Shown here: one piece after another, positions 19,380-28,821 of the stretch
Position numbering within the stretch: the first letter of the stretch is position 1
Layout of the letters: every line of letters starts with the position of its first letter
Source: Escherichia virus TH47
Sequence record: MT446416.1
Strand: one strand, 5' to 3'
Length of the DNA: 64,000 bases
Notes under the pieces: model-generated
Database searches by the model: none
Seen by the model: only the letters and a program-made list of their open reading frames with translations
What the model was told of the DNA's origin: nothing
Program-made: the position numbers and the translations under genes

Positions 19380-21344
19380 ATGAGTATAAATCGAATTAGA
19401 GGTGATGGTGGTGTAATTATAGATAGTCAGGCATTTCTAGAATTACCTAAAGCACCGACTAAAGAAACCGCTGATGTGGTTAGATCAGGGATGATTAGAT
19501 ACAATAAAGGATGGAAAGCATTTGAAGGTGTACTAGACTTTGAAGATGGTTCAATGGCATATCGACGTTTTGCAAACCTAGATGCGAACGGTAAACTTCT
19601 TACTTCCCAATTACCAGATTCAGTAACTAGTGGTTTACAATTTGTTGGTACATATAATCCCATCCCAGATGATATCGATCCACCTTTAGCACAAACTCCA
19701 CTACCAGCACCATCACCATCGCTTAATGGTGATTATTATGTCGTTCGTGGTATAATGGATGCCGCACAAGCACATTATGAAGCAAATAATCCACAAACAA
19801 GTCCTGTTACATTTACACCTACAAATCCAACTGGACAAGGTAATTGGATTGAAATTTTATATTATGTTGACTCTAATCCAAATATATCTGGTGCTAAACT
19901 AGTAACATACGCTTTTGCTAGAATTATTACTGCATCTATTCCCAGTACTGGACATGATGGCCTTGAAAATTTAGCAACAGATACTGACTTGACCAAACCA
20001 TTTGCATCTGGTGTTCCAATGAACCAAACTGCACTTTCAGATGGCGATTGGATTATTATAACTGAAGATAAGAATATACGTCTTCGTCAGTCAAGAACAA
20101 GCATTTCCGCTGCTTCAGTATTATATGACAATACTGTAATGATTGCAAATCATCGTCAATTTAGAACAAACGCAGGGACCGTTCAAACATCCATAGATAA
20201 CGTTGTGATTGAGTGTTTACGTAGAACTGGCGATTCCATGTATAATGATGGAACAGACGGCTCTGGGCGTTTTGGGGTGGTGTATGGCAGTGCAGCAGCA
20301 CCAGCATTGACATTTAATAATAATCCGTTTGACCCAACGAATAACCCAGGTAATGACCCAACTAAGTGGTCCGATGCTAATACTGGTATATTTCATCCAT
20401 CCGATGACGCAATTGGGTTCAGCACTGCTGGCACAGAACGTGTTCGAATTAATAATGGAACACTAACATTATTCCAAACTACCGCTACACCAGCAGCTAC
20501 GCCAGTAATACGTTTTGATAATGCATCAAACACAAACGTAGGGATAAGTGCAAGTAGTAATATTATTTCTTTAAGTTCAATGAATAAAGTTCAAGTTGAA
20601 TTTAAAAATGGTGAATCACATTTTCATGGAAATATTATTGTAGATGGTTCAACATCACTAACTGGTGATTTAGACGCAGGTAACATCAATGCCAGCGGGA
20701 ATTTAGTTGTTAAAGGTAATACAACACTAGGTGACACTACTGGTGACACTATTACAGTTAATGGTGTTAGTACTTATAATGCAAATACTAATTTCAATGG
20801 AACTAATAACAAATTCAAAAACATAAACTTACTAGAGAATGGTGTATTCACATTAGAAAGTACTACAAACCAAAGTGATATAAAACTACTTGGTGCAGAC
20901 TTACGTTTCACTATGGGAAGTTATGCTGATGTAAGTATATATGATAACGGTGTTATTCGTACTCGTTTCAACCGATATGGTATTCAATTACCAGTACTGG
21001 CTACAATTGATAACTCGGTTGGTGTTGATGGTATGATTGCATACTCAAATACCGAACGTACATCGATGCAGAAGGTTCAAGGACAATGGGTTCCAATTGG
21101 TTCTGGTTCTGTTCGTACTGACCCGTTTGTTGCGTCAGCGTGGGTTTTAAACGGCTCATATTACACATTAACAGTAACTGCTAGTAACATAGTAACTGCT
21201 GAAATTCAAGAACTCGTAAGTACTGGTGTTTACACTCGTGTTGAAGTTGATAGTGTTACATTCAATGGAACAAGCGTAGTGTTCAGTATCCCTGCAACTC
21301 CTGATGTGAGATTTGCCGGACGTACACTGGTTACATTAAGATAA
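19380..21344 (+). CDS. tail-fibre-like protein
   Basis: 654-aa ORF; N-terminal GMIRYNKGWKAFEGV segment and Gly/Asn/Thr-rich body resemble fibre proteins. Confidence 0.5.
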   Translation: MSINRIRGDGGVIIDSQAFLELPKAPTKETADVVRSGMIRYNKGWKAFEGVLDFEDGSMAYRRFANLDANGKLLTSQLPDSVTSGLQFVGTYNPIPDDIDPPLAQTPLPAPSPSLNGDYYVVRGIMDAAQAHYEANNPQTSPVTFTPTNPTGQGNWIEILYYVDSNPNISGAKLVTYAFARIITASIPSTGHDGLENLATDTDLTKPFASGVPMNQTALSDGDWIIITEDKNIRLRQSRTSISAASVLYDNTVMIANHRQFRTNAGTVQTSIDNVVIECLRRTGDSMYNDGTDGSGRFGVVYGSAAAPALTFNNNPFDPTNNPGNDPTKWSDANTGIFHPSDDAIGFSTAGTERVRINNGTLTLFQTTATPAATPVIRFDNASNTNVGISASSNIISLSSMNKVQVEFKNGESHFHGNIIVDGSTSLTGDLDAGNINASGNLVVKGNTTLGDTTGDTITVNGVSTYNANTNFNGTNNKFKNINLLENGVFTLESTTNQSDIKLLGADLRFTMGSYADVSIYDNGVIRTRFNRYGIQLPVLATIDNSVGVDGMIAYSNTERTSMQKVQGQWVPIGSGSVRTDPFVASAWVLNGSYYTLTVTASNIVTAEIQELVSTGVYTRVEVDSVTFNGTSVVFSIPATPDVRFAGRTLVTLR

Positions 21345-21350
21345 TAAAAA

Positions 21351-21380
21351 AGGGAGACATAAGTCTCCCTTTTCTTTTAT
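21351..21380. terminator. bidirectional rho-independent terminator
   Basis: agggagac/gtctccct stem, A-run upstream, T-run downstream; between convergent genes. Confidence 0.7.
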
Positions 21381-22306
21381 ACAGCCATTGGTGCTTTGAT
21401 TGTTGGCATTGGATCGTAATTAACTAATTTGAAAGAATCCATAGTGAAATCTTCAATATCAGTAATAGTAGGATCTAACCATAATTCTGGTAATGTACGT
21501 GGTTCACGTTGGAGTTGCTCTTTTACTTGTTCAATATGGTTTTGATAGATATGGCAGTCGCCACCATTCCAAATAAATTCACCAACATCTAACCCAGTAA
21601 TTTGTGCAATCATATGAGTTAGTAGTGAGTAACTACTAATGTTAAATGGTACACCAAGGAATAAATCAGCACTGCGTTGATGAAGAATACAACTTAGTTT
21701 ACCCTGTACAACACAAAACTGCACAAAGCTATGACAGGGTGGCAAAGTCATAGCATCAAGCTCACCAACGTTCCATGCACTTAGAATGTGACGACGACCG
21801 TATGGATCAGTATTGATACCTTCAATAACTTGTTTTAGCTGGTCAGTTACACGACGCATAATAACACCATGTGAACCAGTATAATCAATAACTTTATACC
21901 CTTTATCTTTTAGTTCTTGAATTTCTTCAGTACTGGAACTGAATTTATAATCTTCCCATTCACGCCATTGTTTACCATAAACTGGGCCAAGCTCACCATC
22001 AGAATACCCAAGGCTTACACCTTGATTAAGGTAGTTGTCTGTCCAAATTGTTTTCTTTTCTACATCACGTGTCCCGTGTAAAATTTCACACAGACGACGC
22101 TCATCGTGAGAACCTTCAATAAACCATAACAATTCTGAAGTCATTGCTTTCCAAGCCAAACGTTTAGTAGTTACTGCTGGGAAACCTTCTTTTAGGTCAA
22201 AACGCATTTGTTGTCCGATTAGCTTGATAGTGCCAACACCAGTACGATCAACGCTTTCGACACCTTGATCCAGAATTCTTTGATATAGTTCTTGTAGTTG
22301 TTTCAT
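21377..22306 (-). CDS. thyA: thymidylate synthase
   Basis: DRTGVGT, LPPCHSFVQF (catalytic Cys), GKLSCILHQRSADLFLGVPFNI, C-terminal IKAPMAV; about 33-aa in-frame insertion relative to E. coli ThyA. Confidence 0.92.
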   Translation of the reverse strand: MKQLQELYQRILDQGVESVDRTGVGTIKLIGQQMRFDLKEGFPAVTTKRLAWKAMTSELLWFIEGSHDERRLCEILHGTRDVEKKTIWTDNYLNQGVSLGYSDGELGPVYGKQWREWEDYKFSSSTEEIQELKDKGYKVIDYTGSHGVIMRRVTDQLKQVIEGINTDPYGRRHILSAWNVGELDAMTLPPCHSFVQFCVVQGKLSCILHQRSADLFLGVPFNISSYSLLTHMIAQITGLDVGEFIWNGGDCHIYQNHIEQVKEQLQREPRTLPELWLDPTITDIEDFTMDSFKLVNYDPMPTIKAPMAV

Positions 22307-22899
22307 TTTACGTCCTTGAAAAATGTAATAAAGTGTTCCATGTGTTTTTGTGTAGCATTACGTGAACCAATCCCAGTCCAGTTACCGTGTGGTGCTGGTA
22401 TTGAGAATGTTTCAGTAAACTCTTTCAGTACTGTATCATAATAAAATACAGAGCGAGTGTTCATATCATAACAATATATTTCTGGATTATCAACTGAATC
22501 CATATACATCTGTACTGCCCATGCAGTTCCACCTGAAACTTGCGTAGGTGATGTAATATTTGCAATACAATATACTCTTTTAGTATTAAGTATCTGATAA
22601 CTATTTCTTGCAAGTAATTTATATACATACGAACCGGGCTTCGGAACTGTTCGGCGTAAAGAGTAACATGCAATGTTTAATTGTTTTAATATTGAACTAT
22701 CACAAAGGATATTGGATGGAATTTCTAATATAGTATTTTCATCTACGCTGCTTTGGTGACCCTTGAATGAAAAATTTATTACTTCAAATCCATTGTCTTT
22801 TGCATAGATAGAAAAAAGGCGGTCAGCACCTGCTGCCCCGCCACTGAAACATACATTAGATAAACCATTGATTGCTTCATCTAATTCTATTTTATTCAT
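22303..22899 (-). CDS. Rossmann-fold protein with DprA/LOG-like G-G-A-x-G-A-D signature, function unknown
   Basis: CFSGGAAGADRLF motif; ATGA overlap with thyA start. Confidence 0.4.
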   Translation of the reverse strand: MNKIELDEAINGLSNVCFSGGAAGADRLFSIYAKDNGFEVINFSFKGHQSSVDENTILEIPSNILCDSSILKQLNIACYSLRRTVPKPGSYVYKLLARNSYQILNTKRVYCIANITSPTQVSGGTAWAVQMYMDSVDNPEIYCYDMNTRSVFYYDTVLKEFTETFSIPAPHGNWTGIGSRNATQKHMEHFITFFKDVK

Positions 22900-22904
22900 T
22901 TATA

Positions 22905-23558
22905 TTATTTTGCTTTACGTTCTGCAAATGCCTGTTTAACTTTCTCAATTGCTTTGGTTTGTGAAATTCCTTCTGGGATTTCAATATAGAAAGTTTTGCT
23001 ATCAGGTGCTACAGGTGTTGCTTGAACTTGTGGACGTAGAGATGGTTCTAAGTTGTAAGCACGTTCAAAGTGCTCTTTAGCCAACTGCTCATAACGTTGT
23101 GCATCTTTAAGTAGTTGCTCAACAATGGTAGCTTCTTCAACAGAAGTATCAACTTCTTGTGGCTTGAATGGGTTGTATTCTTTAACTTTACCATCTTCAT
23201 GTTTTTTAGTATCATTATCATTGATTGCGTTGTTTAGAACATCAAGAGAAATCTTACTGTTTCCGCCAACATGCATATCAATATCACAAGTACGTGCACG
23301 ACGCAAATGTTGTAGATTATGAAGAACATCTAGCATTTTGCGACCGTCTAGATGACCAATCTTATGCATAACTTCCCACAAATCTACATTCGATTGACCT
23401 TGATTCATTACTAAATCTGCAACAGATTGAGCATATGCTTCAGGAAGTGAGTCGCGATAAACAATGAGACAATGTTCTGGATCATCAGGGAGTGAACGCC
23501 ATACCACAAATACTCGTGAACCCGTATTACGTACTACACCAACGTGACGAATAGCCAT
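22905..23558 (-). CDS. hypothetical protein
   Basis: 217-aa ORF with AAAGGAGAA SD. Confidence 0.5.
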   Translation of the reverse strand: MAIRHVGVVRNTGSRVFVVWRSLPDDPEHCLIVYRDSLPEAYAQSVADLVMNQGQSNVDLWEVMHKIGHLDGRKMLDVLHNLQHLRRARTCDIDMHVGGNSKISLDVLNNAINDNDTKKHEDGKVKEYNPFKPQEVDTSVEEATIVEQLLKDAQRYEQLAKEHFERAYNLEPSLRPQVQATPVAPDSKTFYIEIPEGISQTKAIEKVKQAFAERKAK

Positions 23559-23560
23559 TA

Positions 23561-23791
23561 TTATTCTCCTTTATTTTGTTCAGCAGCAGCTTGTGCAGCA
23601 TCAGCTTCTTCTTGTGCTTTGATATCTTCGAGTGCAGAGTTAGCAAACTCAACAAACTTAGATACGACTGGAGCAACATCAACAAGTTCTTCGACTTTAA
23701 ATGAATTACGAGCAACAGCAGCTTCCATGATTTTAGCAGCGTTGATTAGGTCGATTAGGGTTAGTTGAATTTTTTCTGGTTCTTGTTCCAT
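23561..23791 (-). CDS. small acidic hypothetical protein
   Basis: Start placed at ATG 23791 (GGAGAG SD); ORF-track start 23890 would overlap the upstream terminator and promoter. Confidence 0.4.
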   Translation of the reverse strand: MEQEPEKIQLTLIDLINAAKIMEAAVARNSFKVEELVDVAPVVSKFVEFANSALEDIKAQEEADAAQAAAEQNKGE

Positions 23792-23825
23792 TTTAATACT
23801 CTCCATGTATGTTGTTACAAATATA

Positions 23826-23853
23826 ATTATATCACCTTTTTCCAAGCTGTCCC
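23826..23853 (-). promoter_or_regulatory. promoter GGGACA-N16-TGaTATAAT
   Basis: Minus-strand GGGACAgcttggaaaaaggtgaTATAAT; same architecture as sites at 44835 and 57615. Confidence 0.55.
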
Positions 23854-23856
23854 GCT

Positions 23857-23888
23857 GAAAAAAGTAGAGAACGGAATTTTCCGTTCTC
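23857..23888 (-). terminator. rho-independent terminator after the VWA gene
   Basis: Perfect 8-bp stem gagaacgg/ccgttctc with T-run on minus strand; immediately upstream of the promoter. Confidence 0.65.
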
Positions 23889-23900
23889 ATTATTTAGTAC

Positions 23901-25310
23901 TTAGCTACGTTGACGCTTTTTGTCAGCTTCATATTCGTAGTGTACAGTTTCGCCAAATGGTGCTTGTTTGTTAGGATTACTGTGGATAACAAACAGTGTC
24001 TTACAGTAATCAGGATCACCCCATGACTGCCACGGCTCACCATCGGTAAACATAATAAGCTGTTTAGGCTTATAGTTGTCATGCTTCATATGAACCCATA
24101 CTGCTTCAAAGTCAGTACCACCACCACCTTTCACTGGATATTCGAGAATCTTACTCTCTTCACCAGTTTTGTAATCTTTAACAGTATAAACTTCAGTATC
24201 GAACGTCATGATACGGATTTTAAATTGTTTAAACTGCTTAGTGATACCCAGTACTTCACTGATGAAATCACGGAGCATATCTTCAGAGATAGAACCGGAT
24301 GCATCTAGTGCAATTGCAATATCAATATCATCATCTGGTTTCATGCCTGGGAAGATTGGATTCCCGTAGAATGAACCAGTACTACCAAAACCAGCACCCC
24401 ATGAACGACGATTAGGACTTTGATAAGTTGCGTCAGACTTCAACCAGCTACGCAGTGTGCGGTGAAGTTTGGAACGCCAGTCAATCTTAGGTTCTTTGAA
24501 GTTGTTAATCATACGTGCGATTTCAGCAGGAGTACCACCTGCACGAGCAGCATTCATCATTGCTGTTTTGAAATCATCCATATAATCACGTTTTTGTTTA
24601 TCACTTGAACCACCTTCTTGACCTTCTTGTGGAACGTCATGCTGGTCGATTGTTGTACCTTTGCCTTTACCATCTTTGATATCACCAAAAGTACCGCGTG
24701 ATTTACCTTCACCCTCACCACTACCAGCCTGTGGATTTCCTTCACCTTCCCCGTCTTGATCCTGTTTATCTTCTTCTTCGAGAATGTTATAAATCTCTTC
24801 AGCAGTCATACCATCGTACTTTTTATCGTACAGCCATTGGCTTTGGATTTTACCAATTTTATCACGAACAAGAATCTGGTTAATTGCATAGTCAGCAGCA
24901 CGGTTATAACGCTGCGGGTCACGCATACCACGACGCAAGAAGTGGTCATATGCACAGTGAAGAATCTCATGACAGATAACTGCAATCAGGTTTTCATCAG
25001 TCAAACCTTCTGTCATTTCTTTAAGTTGTTCTTCAGTTACTTCAGGATGTTTCTCACGAATTGCTTCTTCGTATGCGGACTTTTTGGATTGGTCCTGAAT
25101 ACCCATGATGAATTCTACGTTGTAGAATAAATGCTTACCATCTACTGCCAAAGTACGACACCATGTATTGTTTGCAACTGGACGCAGACGAGAAGCCAGT
25201 ACACCAAAGAATGGGAATGTTAGCATTAAAGATGTGCGAGCTAAGATCAGACGATCTTGACATTCTTTCTGGAGAGCCGGAGTAACATCACTGAAACGTT
25301 TATCTGACAT
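23901..25310 (-). CDS. VWA-domain protein with N-terminal HExxH metallopeptidase-like domain
   Basis: HEILH motif in N-terminal half; MIDAS-like DASGS in C-terminal VWA region; GAGGAAA SD. Confidence 0.75.
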   Translation of the reverse strand: MSDKRFSDVTPALQKECQDRLILARTSLMLTFPFFGVLASRLRPVANNTWCRTLAVDGKHLFYNVEFIMGIQDQSKKSAYEEAIREKHPEVTEEQLKEMTEGLTDENLIAVICHEILHCAYDHFLRRGMRDPQRYNRAADYAINQILVRDKIGKIQSQWLYDKKYDGMTAEEIYNILEEEDKQDQDGEGEGNPQAGSGEGEGKSRGTFGDIKDGKGKGTTIDQHDVPQEGQEGGSSDKQKRDYMDDFKTAMMNAARAGGTPAEIARMINNFKEPKIDWRSKLHRTLRSWLKSDATYQSPNRRSWGAGFGSTGSFYGNPIFPGMKPDDDIDIAIALDASGSISEDMLRDFISEVLGITKQFKQFKIRIMTFDTEVYTVKDYKTGEESKILEYPVKGGGGTDFEAVWVHMKHDNYKPKQLIMFTDGEPWQSWGDPDYCKTLFVIHSNPNKQAPFGETVHYEYEADKKRQRS

Positions 25311-25342
25311 TTGTATTTCCTCGTTTAGTTAAGATAAAAGAA

Positions 25343-25360
25343 GGATACCATGTGGTATCC
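25343..25360 (-). promoter_or_regulatory. intercistronic hairpin (possible attenuator) between ATPase and VWA genes
   Basis: Palindrome ggatacca/tggtatcc followed on the minus strand by tcttttat. Confidence 0.35.
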
Positions 25361-25385
25361 TCCTTGTCAACACTCTTTTTAATTA

Positions 25386-26714
25386 TTAACCAAGAGAGCG
25401 TGCTTTACGTACTAGGTCAGAGTACTTCATAACGAAGTCTTTAAACGCTGGTACATCTTTAATCGTAATCGCTACTTTATGAAGCGTGATGGTACGAATC
25501 GCCAGTACTGCCAGTTCTGCTTGAGTTGCAGAGAAGTTATGGTCTAGGAAGGTGATGAAGTTGTTGCACAGCTTACCCCAATCTTCCACTGGTAGACGTT
25601 GTTCTTGCTTCTCATTGTAGAGGTCGATAATTTTGTAAACCAGATTCAGAGTGATGAAGTAGTTCGCGGAAATATCAAGCGAAGCATCAATCTCTTTAAT
25701 CTCACCCTGTAGGATGGACATGGTATCTGGTAGTTTAGCTACGTTATCAACATACTCGATGTATTCAGTTGCTACGCCTTCACCAACACGACCTGCAATC
25801 ATCGCACGGAACACTTCTTTATCAATGTTCTTAACTTTCTTCAGATCTTCGTAGCGTGCTACTGCTTCCCATGAACGTGGAGAAGTACCACCACAGTGAG
25901 AAGGATCTTGTGGGCTAAGGGTGTTGAAGTGTTTAGCACCAGTGTTGTTGATGAACGCAACAGTTGCTGGGTTCAAACGCTTGCCAATCGCATAATCGTT
26001 AATCCAATCTTGATGATAAGGAATCATTTCGATGTGGGTCATACGGTCACGCAGTGGTGTAGCTAGAGAGAACGTTACACCGCCATCAGTTTCACGGTTA
26101 CCTGCTGCGAGAATCAGTGCAGTCTTAGGTAGCTTCATCTCACCAACACAACGGTCGAGGATTAGCTGGTAAGACGCTGCCTGTACAATCGGCATTGCAG
26201 AGTTGATTTCGTCAAACAGGATAACACCTTTCCAATCATCGGGCAATTTCAGTACTTTTGGTGCTGCCCACACAACTGCTGTTTCAGCGATGTAATCTTG
26301 TGCACTAGCCAGTTCAGATTCAATCAGTTGCTTACCATCCATATCAAGGAACACTTTCTCTGGAACTGGAATACCACGAAGGTCACTTGGTTCAATCTGA
26401 GACAAACGGAAATCGATAAAGTTAGTGTCTTGGTCGATTAGTTTGGCTTCAAACGCTGCCAGTTCACGGCGAAGTTGATCGGCATTTTCAGTATCAGCTT
26501 CGATTTGTTGTTTCATGAACTCAATTTTTGCCACGTTATCTTTACGCAGTGGGTAGTTCTCATCAGCGTATTGACGTGCGATAGCAGATTTACCGATACC
26601 AGGGCTACCCCAAATCATCAGGCTATCTTGAATCATGTCAGCCAGTGCCATTGCTTCTTTAGCTTTCTTAGGAGTCAGTTTTACGTTCAGGATATCGTTG
26701 TTTTGAGTAGACAT
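25386..26714 (-). CDS. MoxR/CbbQ-like AAA+ ATPase
   Basis: Walker A GSPGIGKS, Walker B ILFDEIN, coiled-coil insertion; AAAGGAAAA SD. Confidence 0.75.
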   Translation of the reverse strand: MSTQNNDILNVKLTPKKAKEAMALADMIQDSLMIWGSPGIGKSAIARQYADENYPLRKDNVAKIEFMKQQIEADTENADQLRRELAAFEAKLIDQDTNFIDFRLSQIEPSDLRGIPVPEKVFLDMDGKQLIESELASAQDYIAETAVVWAAPKVLKLPDDWKGVILFDEINSAMPIVQAASYQLILDRCVGEMKLPKTALILAAGNRETDGGVTFSLATPLRDRMTHIEMIPYHQDWINDYAIGKRLNPATVAFINNTGAKHFNTLSPQDPSHCGGTSPRSWEAVARYEDLKKVKNIDKEVFRAMIAGRVGEGVATEYIEYVDNVAKLPDTMSILQGEIKEIDASLDISANYFITLNLVYKIIDLYNEKQEQRLPVEDWGKLCNNFITFLDHNFSATQAELAVLAIRTITLHKVAITIKDVPAFKDFVMKYSDLVRKARSLG

Positions 26715-26754
26715 GTATATTTTCCTTTTGTTGGATAAAATCGTTTAGGTTTCT

Positions 26755-26783
26755 ATTATAGCCAATCCGTGGGCAAAAGTAAA
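26755..26783 (-). promoter_or_regulatory. proximal promoter P3 (TTTACT-N17-TATAAT)
   Basis: Minus-strand TTTACTtttgcccacggattggcTATAAT about 40 nt upstream of the ATPase ATG. Confidence 0.4.
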
Positions 26784-26823
26784 GGAACTGTGTTAAAAGA
26801 ATTTTTAACTTATCAGTTCCTTT
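26781..26823 (-). promoter_or_regulatory. hairpin (possible attenuator/terminator) between P2 and P3
   Basis: Perfect 10-bp inverted repeat aaaggaactg/cagttccttt with 23-nt loop, followed on minus strand by acttttg. Confidence 0.4.
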
Positions 26824-26885
26824 GTTACTTCATGAATCATCCGTGTATTTAAAAAGGCATTTCTCTTTGCCGTCTTGATGTGGTC

Positions 26886-26913
26886 ATTATATCACATCGT
26901 TCAGGCTTGTCAA
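26886..26913 (-). promoter_or_regulatory. promoter P2 (TTGACA-N16-TGaTATAAT) with A-rich UP element
   Basis: Minus-strand aaaaaaaagttgTTGACAagcctgaacgatgtgaTATAAT; part of a ~70-bp direct repeat. Confidence 0.65.
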
Positions 26914-26979
26914 CAACTTTTTTTTATTTCTTTTTCAATCTCACATCTTGTGATTTTGAAAACTTGCTTCGTGGTGGTC

Positions 26980-27007
26980 ATTATATCACATCATTCGGCG
27001 TTGTCAA
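26980..27007 (-). promoter_or_regulatory. promoter P1 (TTGACA-N16-TGaTATAAT) with A-rich UP element
   Basis: Minus-strand aaaaaaaaagatgTTGACAacgccgaatgatgtgaTATAAT; second copy of the repeat. Confidence 0.65.
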
Positions 27008-27034
27008 CATCTTTTTTTTTCTTTATTTTCGAAG

Positions 27035-27412
27035 CTACATGTGCATCGAAATTAACATTCTAAAATCATCACCACACAATGTTAACTCTGTAACTATCAT
27101 TGCGTCAGAGAGGTATATGTACTGCCCTTCAACATAGTAGGGTGAAGTACATATCCTATCAAGCGATGTAAAGATTATAGAACTTTTGAACTCTCTTTGC
27201 AAGGGGATTTTTGTAAATTCGTAAAGAATGTTTTCTTTACAAATTGTATATCCAAACTTGCTAAGTCTTAAACCACCGCCAGTTCTGAAATTTTCAAAAA
27301 TTGACATCAGAAGCATACGGTCTGTTAATTCAGCGTCTGATCCATGTACTTCTCTAACTTTTAAAAGTACATCGTTTTGAAATTCAGTACTGTTGTGTGG
27401 TTCAGGGATCAT
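27035..27412 (-). CDS. hypothetical protein
   Basis: 125-aa ORF, last gene of a long minus-strand operon. Confidence 0.45.
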   Translation of the reverse strand: MIPEPHNSTEFQNDVLLKVREVHGSDAELTDRMLLMSIFENFRTGGGLRLSKFGYTICKENILYEFTKIPLQREFKSSIIFTSLDRICTSPYYVEGQYIYLSDAMIVTELTLCGDDFRMLISMHM

Positions 27413-27415
27413 ATA

Positions 27416-27808
27416 TTACATCCCCACAAAACCCTGTCTTGCTGCATATGAAGGAGCATCTTTAACTTTATAGTCTTGGACACCATCTTTACCAATTTTC
27501 GGACCCATATCTTTGGTTCCGAAGCAGCAATCAGTGGATTCATCAACTTCTTCAGTACTTTCATCATTATATCGAACATCCGATAAAATGTCACACGCTT
27601 TTTGAAGCTTTTCTACGATTTCTTTTTGATCTTCACCTGATTTAACCTTATCCACAATGTGGATAAGGCATTCGGTGATATCTTTAAGTAAATCGGTGGC
27701 TACAGCATCAGAAGGAGTCTCAACTGCAAAACTTTCTTCTTCAGTAGATTCTTCACTAGAAGTGATTTCATCTAATGCTTCAACCAATTCACGATAATTA
27801 TATCCCAT
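27416..27808 (-). CDS. acidic hypothetical protein
   Basis: 130-aa ORF with AGGGGA SD. Confidence 0.45.
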   Translation of the reverse strand: MGYNYRELVEALDEITSSEESTEEESFAVETPSDAVATDLLKDITECLIHIVDKVKSGEDQKEIVEKLQKACDILSDVRYNDESTEEVDESTDCCFGTKDMGPKIGKDGVQDYKVKDAPSYAARQGFVGM

Positions 27809-27809
27809 C

Positions 27810-28799
27810 TTATTTGTCCCCTAGAAATTGTTGATATTTCTTCTGGAGACTTTCGAAAATGTCTTCGACTTCTTCATCGCTTTCATCTTCTAGTTCTTCG
27901 TTACCTTCCACGGACTCATCACTCTCATTAACATTGAGTGGGTTGTCACCTAGAGCAGTACCTGGAAACTTAGGTTCAAATTTGTGAACACGGTTCTCGT
28001 TACCGTCATTGTCATAGTACTCTGGTTCAGGACGATTGTCAACATCTTCATCAACGACACGTCTCCAGTAGAACTTGTTACCCTTGGTAATAACAACAAA
28101 GTGGTCACCTTCTACACCATTAGTTTTAGCTTGACCGTCACGAACGGCATCAGCTTCAGTGTTGTAAGGTCCAAAATCAGTACTGTCACCTTGTTCTTCA
28201 TCTTCAGAGATGGTTAGGTCTGGTAGGAAAGTGTTTTCTTCAACTTTAACTTCAGTATCTGGGTTACCTTCTACTGAATATTCATCTTCTGGTTCGTCTT
28301 GAAGACCAGCTAGAGATAGCATACGACTGAAATCGAATTCTTCTTCGATGATTTCTTCTTCTTCCTCTTCTTCAACTGATTCTAGTTGAGGTTGACCGGA
28401 AAGATCTAAAGAAAACTCTTCTTCATCTGCAACCCCAGGCTCTTCGAACTCTGCATCCATACTTACTTCTTCAGAATCACCACCAAAATCACCAGCTTCA
28501 GCAGATAGTGAGTCAGCAGCTACTTCCAATGGGTCTTCAACTGGTGCATCAATCGCACCATCCATTGCACCACCAACTTCTTCTTCAGCACCAGCACCAA
28601 TGGAATCCATGTCGAGTGGAGCGATTGGTGGTAGAGAAGGGGTCATAGACCCCATAGAAGGAACTGGAGCAGCAACAGGAGAAGCTTGACGCTCTGCTTG
28701 ACCAGCTAATGCAAGCATACGAGATAGTGTTTCTAGATCTTCAGATTCTAGACCTGCGATATCGATTTTAACTTGTGCTTCATTAATTTTTTTAGCCAT
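27810..28799 (-). CDS. highly acidic (Glu/Asp-rich) protein
   Basis: 329-aa ORF, strongly acidic low-complexity C-terminal half. Confidence 0.5.
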   Translation of the reverse strand: MAKKINEAQVKIDIAGLESEDLETLSRMLALAGQAERQASPVAAPVPSMGSMTPSLPPIAPLDMDSIGAGAEEEVGGAMDGAIDAPVEDPLEVAADSLSAEAGDFGGDSEEVSMDAEFEEPGVADEEEFSLDLSGQPQLESVEEEEEEEIIEEEFDFSRMLSLAGLQDEPEDEYSVEGNPDTEVKVEENTFLPDLTISEDEEQGDSTDFGPYNTEADAVRDGQAKTNGVEGDHFVVITKGNKFYWRRVVDEDVDNRPEPEYYDNDGNENRVHKFEPKFPGTALGDNPLNVNESDESVEGNEELEDESDEEVEDIFESLQKKYQQFLGDK

Positions 28800-28821
28800 T
28801 TTAAATAAATCCTTTTAGTTA

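Noticed and set aside
23901-25310. Many short ORFs inside and antisense to the VWA and ATPase genes (e.g. 24081-24308, 24420-24608, 24557-24745, 24698-24883, 24756-25130, 26475-26738)
   Set aside because: All are embedded in longer ORFs with clear domain motifs and SD sequences.
26875-27137. Plus-strand ORFs 26875-27063 and 26880-27137
   Set aside because: They lie within the tandem promoter repeats and give low-complexity peptides.
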